This document shows, piece by piece, positions 1 to 5,099 of a DNA stretch of 8,087 bases. Numbering within the stretch: position 1 is the stretch's first letter; each line of letters starts with the position of its first letter. This stretch comes from Paramicrosporidium saccamoebae KSL3 (Eukaryota; Fungi; Cryptomycota), in the NCBI GenBank assembly GCA_002794465.1, contig MTSL01000187.1, forward strand, positions 1 to 8,087, given 5' to 3'. The notes under the pieces are model-generated. The model was given only the letters and a program-made list of their open reading frames with translations, ran no database searches and was not told the DNA's origin. The position numbers and the translations under genes are program-made.

Positions 1-3000
1 AGAGATTCCTGCTTGATGGGCAAAGTTGTTGTCAATTTCTTGACGAGATTAAAGTACTTGTCAGCGGAATTGCTGTCTCCAGCGCGAAGAATCCCTAAAT
101 GGCTCTCCAGCTCGTTAATCTTTTCTTTAGCACTATTCAGCTCGCGACTGGTATCCTCAAGGATTTGACTCTGCGATTGATTCGTCTCTAAAGATTTCTT
201 CAGATTGGCGAGAGAATGCTCCACTGCTTGACGGGCCCTCAGCAAACTGTCAATGGAAGGGTCCACTTTACGGACAATATTCCGTAAAGTACCCAGATCA
301 CTCTGCATCTTTTCATCAGAACCAGTGTCAATCCAAAGAGTCTCGGACAGATTTTTCTTGAACAAACTTAGTTGGCGTTTGATTTTTGCCAATTGGGAAT
401 TTTTGGCTTCCAAACCATCTCGCTCTTTGGTGATTTTGGTAATTTCCTCGTTGAGTAATTGGATTTGATCCTTTTGTTGGTCACCCTCCACGCCGTGTTC
501 TTTGGCCATATTCCGCAACTTTGACTCCAGCTCTCTGATCGTATCATTCAATAATACAACACTTGCCTCTTCGTTCTTCAAGCGTTTAGAAAGATGTTGA
601 TTATATTCGTACATGGCCTTTACTTCCTCCGAGAACACCTCGCGCGCTTTTTTCATCTCCTGAACCTTTTCTTCGTGTTCATCTTTGAGATCTTTGATTG
701 CCTTTGCGTGCTCTGCTAAACTCTTTTCTTTGTAGGCTGCGGCTTCTGCCTTGTGTTGGTCCAAGTTCTTCTTGGCAGTAGTCAGGTTTTGTTGAATAGA
801 CTCAATCTCTTCTTTCTGTAGTCTAATGGTCTCATTGAAATTCAGTAATTTTTCCTGGGCATCCAGGCGAGAAGTTTCAAGCTTCTCCGCCAAGCTCGTC
901 TTTTCTGCCTCAAGGACATTGATTGCTTCTTGATGTTGTTTTTGCATCGCATTAGTCATTTCAGCGTTATTTGACATGGTAGACTCCAAAGTTGCCTGGA
1001 GGTTCGTAAGGCTTTCCTTGCGAGTCATGCTCTCTTGTTTGGTGGCTTCAATTTCCTGCTTCTGTGCTTGAATGAGTGTCTCCTTCTCACTGACATTTCG
1101 TTCCACAGTCTGCAATTCTAATTTCAGCCTTTCAGACTCGTCTTTCAGTGATAGGATTTGTGTAGCATTCTGCTTGTTCAGCTCGTCATGCTGGGTTGAC
1201 AGAGTTTGGAGGGTATCCTCGAGATTGGATATCCTCTGCTCCTGCGCCAGAATCTCGGCCTCTTTCTCTGCAATAATCGCTCGAGCTTTCTCAGTTGTCA
1301 GTTCAGCCTCTTCATTCTTCCTCTTCAACGCTTCTAAATCTCTCTTCAGATTCTCCAATATGCCATTCTTCGTCTCTACCTCTTCTTGGAGGCTTTTTTG
1401 TGTCACCATTGCCGCCGTATACTCGCTCACATGTTTCGTGATTGCAACATTGCGCTCTTCTTTTTCTGCAGTTGTCAATGCTAATTTCTTCTCAGACTGC
1501 TCCAACGTTTGCCTCAATTCTTCTTTTGCCGTCTTCAGGTCCTTTGACTCTTCGAAATGCTCTCGGTGTTCCTTTTCCAATTGAGCTCTCAACTCTTGGA
1601 TCTGTCTTTGAAGTTCTGATGTTGCCGAGCAAGTCCCCTCGGCCCTTGTTTCAGCTTCTCTGGCCCTCTCGAGAGCCTGAGCCGTCTGTCTCTCAGACTC
1701 TGAAAGGCTTGCCAGTGTCGTGGTTTGTTCTAAACTAATCCTATTCTTTGCCCTCAATAACTCTGCTGATTCTTTATGACAAGCCTCAATGGTGGACTGT
1801 AGACTTTTGTTTTCACCCAAACGCGTCTGCAAAGATTTTTCCAACTCTTCCTTTGACGTTTCCAGCTTCTCCATCTCCGTGACACCTTCCTTGTACGAAT
1901 TAAGAACGCCCTTTAAAAGATCCTCACGAGTATAGTTTTCAACGACTGTTCCAGGATGGTTCTTTTGCACATACATCTGGACGATTGGTAGATAATCCTG
2001 CTTTAAAAAGATGTCCAGACGTTGCACCCACGAAAAGTTTTCACGCAAATTCGTGATTGTATCTAGGGCGTAATTTAGCCTCACCCGGTCCTTTGATACT
2101 TTCTTTTGTTTACCATCGTTCCCCTGAACTGCCGTTGCTTCTCCTTGATCTGTCACACCAAGAGCAGTCAATAACTTTTCCTTCGCGCTACGGAGGGCCT
2201 TGTTGGCAGACTGCAGCTTGGTTTTGTCTTTCAACAGCGCATCCGAAGATTGCTTCGATTCCTCGGCCTCCTTCTGACAAGATTGTAGCCTTCCATTCAC
2301 ATCGCCAATAGCAGTCTGTAGGTTTCGGTTCTCCTCCAAACATGTTTCTGAAGACTGCTTTAATTGTTCAATCTCTTCCTGGAAACGTTGTGCATCCTGT
2401 TCCGTCTTATCAGAAAGCTTTGCATACGCCGCTCCAAGTTCGTCAAAAAGAGCAGCTTTGGATTGCAATGCCTCCGAGTACGCCTGCATGTCAAGCTTGA
2501 AATGCTCGTCACGGGCCCTCCACTCCTCCTTATTCCTAGTGGAATAGTTGTGGATGGATTCACGAAGACCATTAATCTCTTGCTGAGCGCTCTTATATTG
2601 TCGATCCAACCCCTCAGATCTTAGCTTCCATAAATCGGCCTGTCTTACTAGCTCTTCCTCACGACCTTGATGTTGCTGGGATTCCTGATTCAACGCTTGC
2701 TGCAGTTGATTCAGTTGAAGACTAAGTGTACTGTTTTGACTACTCAAACTATTCTCAAGAGCTTGATGCCCCTCCAGTTTTAAATTCCACTCCTGGTTAT
2801 CCTGATTCCTCTGCTCTAGTGTTTGCTGCTCTTGGTGACGCAATCGTTGAGTCAACGCTTGATCAGAAGTACGCAATGATTCATTCTCCGCCTCTAGACG
2901 CGTCACTTCTTTTGTCAAGTTGGTATAAGCAGCTCTGATTCCTTGAAAGAGATCAGGCAATGGTACTTGTCCTGAATTAACTTTTTGCAAAAAATCTGGG

Positions 3001-4622
3001 CCCATCTCCTGAAAGGTAGCAAGATAACTCTGGAAAATGCTGTCACAATTACGATTTTCGGATTGCGCATTCACTCTAATCTGACCTAAACTTCCCACCA
3101 GAGTGTTGATCCAAATCCCAGGTGATACATATGGCCCACTGGTGTCAACTTGCTTCATGTAACCAATTTGCTGTTGAAATCTACTCAAGTACTCTCTAAG
3201 AGCTGGTGCATGTGGCCCGAAGAGATCAAGACCAGATTCTATCTCCTTAATCCGGTTGTCAGAACTTGAATAATCCCCCAAAAGCATCATGGCCTTGGAT
3301 TCGTAGTAAAGTTTAGCTAGCGTATATATGTTATCAGCAACGCCATTGACCAGTTTAGGGGCCACCTTAAAGGAGGAGACAATTTTCAAAAACCTATCCA
3401 GACTCCCATCACGTAAAAAGACGTTGGCTACGTGAAAGATTCCATACGTGGGATCTACCGATTCGGCTACATGTACTGCCAAAGGCCAATCGTCAGTGTC
3501 TCGGACAATTTTTAGAATTGTTCGCAAGGCATAGATCTTTGCGTGAAGCTCGGATGGCTTGGCTTGGATGATAATGTCAGTGATCTCTTGTAGGGCTGGA
3601 TCAACTGACCTTGTCCCCTTGTCCAAGCTTCCCAGCTGATTAGCAATGACTCCATTGTTAATCAAGCCCATCAGTTGGCTTTTCATGCACCCGCTATCAG
3701 ATTCGCAGTAATCAGTCAAGATGGTGGCTACAAAGTGGTGAACTAGGTAAGGATTCTCTGCAACCTGCCGGTTCTGTAAATGGCTACTTGCTGCCTGCAA
3801 AAATTTTGCTTTGGCAGTGTCACGATTGGCTTTATTTCCGGGATCAGAGCCCTGGAGTTGCCTCTGGAGGTTCTTGTAATAGTGATTCGTCTCACAAAAG
3901 TTGTGGTTCAATTGTTCGCAGATAGATAATAATACCCCAGTATAATTAAAATTAGAGTCGTTTGCGGCAAGTTGCGCCAATCTGGGTTCTAATGCTTCAA
4001 TGATATCCATGCTGTCAAAATCGTACAAGATGAATTCACGATAGCTCAGGTTTTGGAAGTATCTCAATTTATCTGAATTATTGCTAAGCGCCTCTTTCTG
4101 TCGTTTAAAAAGGTCAAGGTAAGTCTGACGGTACTTTGTGGGAGGGAGACTAGTGATAAACGCCTCAATTTGTGAAATTTCAAAGCCCTCCCCACTGGTG
4201 CTCCTCGCAAAGGGTGTTTGATCAGGAGAAATATCAAAGACCTGAGATTCATACTCTTTAAAAATTTGGTCATCCATTTTCCATCCAAATAACGAGATGA
4301 TTCGACGGACGACAAACGGATAGGCGCTATCCTCGATCAACTGAACAACAAGACTATGGTAATTGGGGGCTTTCTCCTTATTGTGCAAGAAATGCATGGC
4401 GGCAGCGTGCTTCAGCACTCGACATGAAGGATACTTTTGCATCAGCATGTAATGCGCACCCACAAAAGATGGATGTAGTGCCAATAAATCGGGACAGCAT
4501 TTTTGTACAAGCCCAATATCAGCAGTCTCGGAAGCATTATAGAAAACTCTACAAGTATCATCGCTTTGACTTGCCCGAGTCCACCCCACAATGACCGCAA
4601 GGAAAAGGGCCAAGACTCTCAT
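1..4622 (-). CDS. Large putatively secreted coiled-coil protein of unknown family, at least 1540 aa, 3'-truncated by the window edge
   Basis: Hand translation of the minus frame with codons at 3k..3k+2 shows no stop from the ATG at 4622-4620 to position 3. An in-frame TAA lies 4 codons upstream of the ATG. Starts MRVLALFLAVIVGWTRASQSDDTCRVFYNASE and leaves the window at ...KYFNLVKKLTTTLPIKQES. Residues ~1-560 are non-repetitive and Cys-containing; from ~562 (IRAAYTNLTKEVTRLEAENESL, near 2939) the sequence is E/K/Q/L-rich with heptad character. Probably absent from the ORF track because its stop is outside the window. The function is not recognised. Confidence 0.92.
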   Translation of the reverse strand, partial: MRVLALFLAVIVGWTRASQSDDTCRVFYNASETADIGLVQKCCPDLLALHPSFVGAHYMLMQKYPSCRVLKHAAAMHFLHNKEKAPNYHSLVVQLIEDSAYPFVVRRIISLFGWKMDDQIFKEYESQVFDISPDQTPFARSTSGEGFEISQIEAFITSLPPTKYRQTYLDLFKRQKEALSNNSDKLRYFQNLSYREFILYDFDSMDIIEALEPRLAQLAANDSNFNYTGVLLSICEQLNHNFCETNHYYKNLQRQLQGSDPGNKANRDTAKAKFLQAASSHLQNRQVAENPYLVHHFVATILTDYCESDSGCMKSQLMGLINNGVIANQLGSLDKGTRSVDPALQEITDIIIQAKPSELHAKIYALRTILKIVRDTDDWPLAVHVAESVDPTYGIFHVANVFLRDGSLDRFLKIVSSFKVAPKLVNGVADNIYTLAKLYYESKAMMLLGDYSSSDNRIKEIESGLDLFGPHAPALREYLSRFQQQIGYMKQVDTSGPYVSPGIWINTLVGSLGQIRVNAQSENRNCDSIFQSYLATFQEMGPDFLQKVNSGQVPLPDLFQGIRAAYTNLTKEVTRLEAENESLRTSDQALTQRLRHQEQQTLEQRNQDNQEWNLKLEGHQALENSLSSQNSTLSLQLNQLQQALNQESQQHQGREEELVRQADLWKLRSEGLDRQYKSAQQEINGLRESIHNYSTRNKEEWRARDEHFKLDMQAYSEALQSKAALFDELGAAYAKLSDKTEQDAQRFQEEIEQLKQSSETCLEENRNLQTAIGDVNGRLQSCQKEAEESKQSSDALLKDKTKLQSANKALRSAKEKLLTALGVTDQGEATAVQGNDGKQKKVSKDRVRLNYALDTITNLRENFSWVQRLDIFLKQDYLPIVQMYVQKNHPGTVVENYTREDLLKGVLNSYKEGVTEMEKLETSKEELEKSLQTRLGENKSLQSTIEACHKESAELLRAKNRISLEQTTTLASLSESERQTAQALERAREAETRAEGTCSATSELQRQIQELRAQLEKEHREHFEESKDLKTAKEELRQTLEQSEKKLALTTAEKEERNVAITKHVSEYTAAMVTQKSLQEEVETKNGILENLKRDLEALKRKNEEAELTTEKARAIIAEKEAEILAQEQRISNLEDTLQTLSTQHDELNKQNATQILSLKDESERLKLELQTVERNVSEKETLIQAQKQEIEATKQESMTRKESLTNLQATLESTMSNNAEMTNAMQKQHQEAINVLEAEKTSLAEKLETSRLDAQEKLLNFNETIRLQKEEIESIQQNLTTAKKNLDQHKAEAAAYKEKSLAEHAKAIKDLKDEHEEKVQEMKKAREVFSEEVKAMYEYNQHLSKRLKNEEASVVLLNDTIRELESKLRNMAKEHGVEGDQQKDQIQLLNEEITKITKERDGLEAKNSQLAKIKRQLSLFKKNLSETLWIDTGSDEKMQSDLGTLRNIVRKVDPSIDSLLRARQAVEHSLANLKKSLETNQSQSQILEDTSRELNSAKEKINELESHLGILRAGDSNSADKYFNLVKKLTTTLPIKQES
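4572..4622 (-). other. Predicted signal peptide (residues 1-17) of the large ORF
   Basis: MR (basic n-region), VLALFLAVIVG (hydrophobic h-region), WTRA with small residues at -3/-1, followed by polar SQSDD. Judged by eye, not by a predictor. Confidence 0.8.
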
Positions 4623-4783
4623 GACTTGTGATTATGAATAGGATTGAATGGTGCCCACTTAAGAACCCATCTGACGCCAATTGGTTTCCCTCGGACCAAT
4701 CTCGACACGCAGAAATAATACTGTGCCAATCGAAAGTATCCACGATGACTTGCTATTGGTGCAGTGATTACCCAGTCTGCCAT
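4619..4783 (-). other. 54-aa upstream ORF whose stop overlaps the large ORF start (ATGA)
   Basis: ATG at 4783-4781, MADWVITAPIASHRGYFRLAQYYFCVSRLVRGKPIGVRWVLKWAPFNPIHNHKS, TGA at 4621-4619 within gtcATGAga. The ORF is seen directly; whether it is translated is unknown. Confidence 0.2.
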
Positions 4784-4790
4784 AACCAAT
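4677..4790. promoter_or_regulatory. Cluster of CCAAT boxes (NF-Y/HAP-type) upstream of the large ORF
   Basis: CCAATTGG palindrome 4677-4684, CCAAT 4696-4700, CCAAT 4726-4730, ATTGG 4755-4759, CCAAT 4786-4790. Further copies at 4908-4912 and 5024-5028. Confidence 0.6.
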
Positions 4791-4792
4791 GA

Positions 4793-5008
4793 CTAGACGT
4801 TGTATTTGTGCACGAGAGAATTATAATTAAAGCACGTGGCGCCTTTATAGGCCACCACCCTCAACACACCGGATTGCGGGATAGCATAGATATCCAGGTT
4901 GGGGCCGCCAATCATGAGCGGATAGCACTTAATCGACGTATATAATAGACAGACAGGAGGCTTATAAGGCGCCACGAGATTTATAGTCAAAGAGGAGTCC
5001 TGGTCCAT
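4793..5008 (-). other. 71-aa intergenic ORF, probably non-coding
   Basis: From the ORF track (MDQDSSLTINLVAPYKPP...). ATG start, no recognisable motif, overlaps putative promoter elements. Same frame as the 4619-4783 ORF. Confidence 0.12.
4835..4976. repeat. Inverted repeat pair of a TATA-like plus GGCGCCACG module
   Basis: Left arm 4835-4853 CGTGGCGCCTTTATAGGCC; reverse complement of right arm 4959-4976 is CGTGGCGCCTT-ATAAGCC. 11 bp are perfect, 17 of 19 positions match with one gap. Confidence 0.7.
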
Positions 5009-5099
5009 AGATAGTAGTATTAGATTGGATCTACTCGTTTACATTAATCACCAAATCAGTCTCCTTGTTTTTACACTATGCACGATTCTATTTAAAAAA

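Noticed and set aside
253-2938. Plus-strand ORFs 253-468, 1072-1584, 1442-1738, 2057-2311, 2364-2624 and 2726-2938
   Set aside because: All are antisense to the large minus-strand CDS. Their Ser/Phe/Leu/Cys-rich composition is what the reverse complement of E/K/Q-rich codons produces.
1-2940. Calling the large ORF myosin, kinesin, SMC or Uso1/golgin
   Set aside because: No P-loop or motor motif is visible in the head and the N-terminus looks like a signal peptide. Database hits to these families would be expected from coiled-coil composition alone.
2360-4743. Minus-strand ORFs 2360-2572, 4064-4315 and 4558-4743
   Set aside because: Short alternative frames lying within or overlapping the start of the 1540-codon ORF, mostly with non-ATG starts and no motifs.
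4835-4976. MITE or DNA transposon interpretation of the inverted repeat
   Set aside because: No target-site duplication (left flank AAGCA, right flank AGATT), short imperfect arms, and no evidence of other copies in this window. Kept only as a regulatory candidate.
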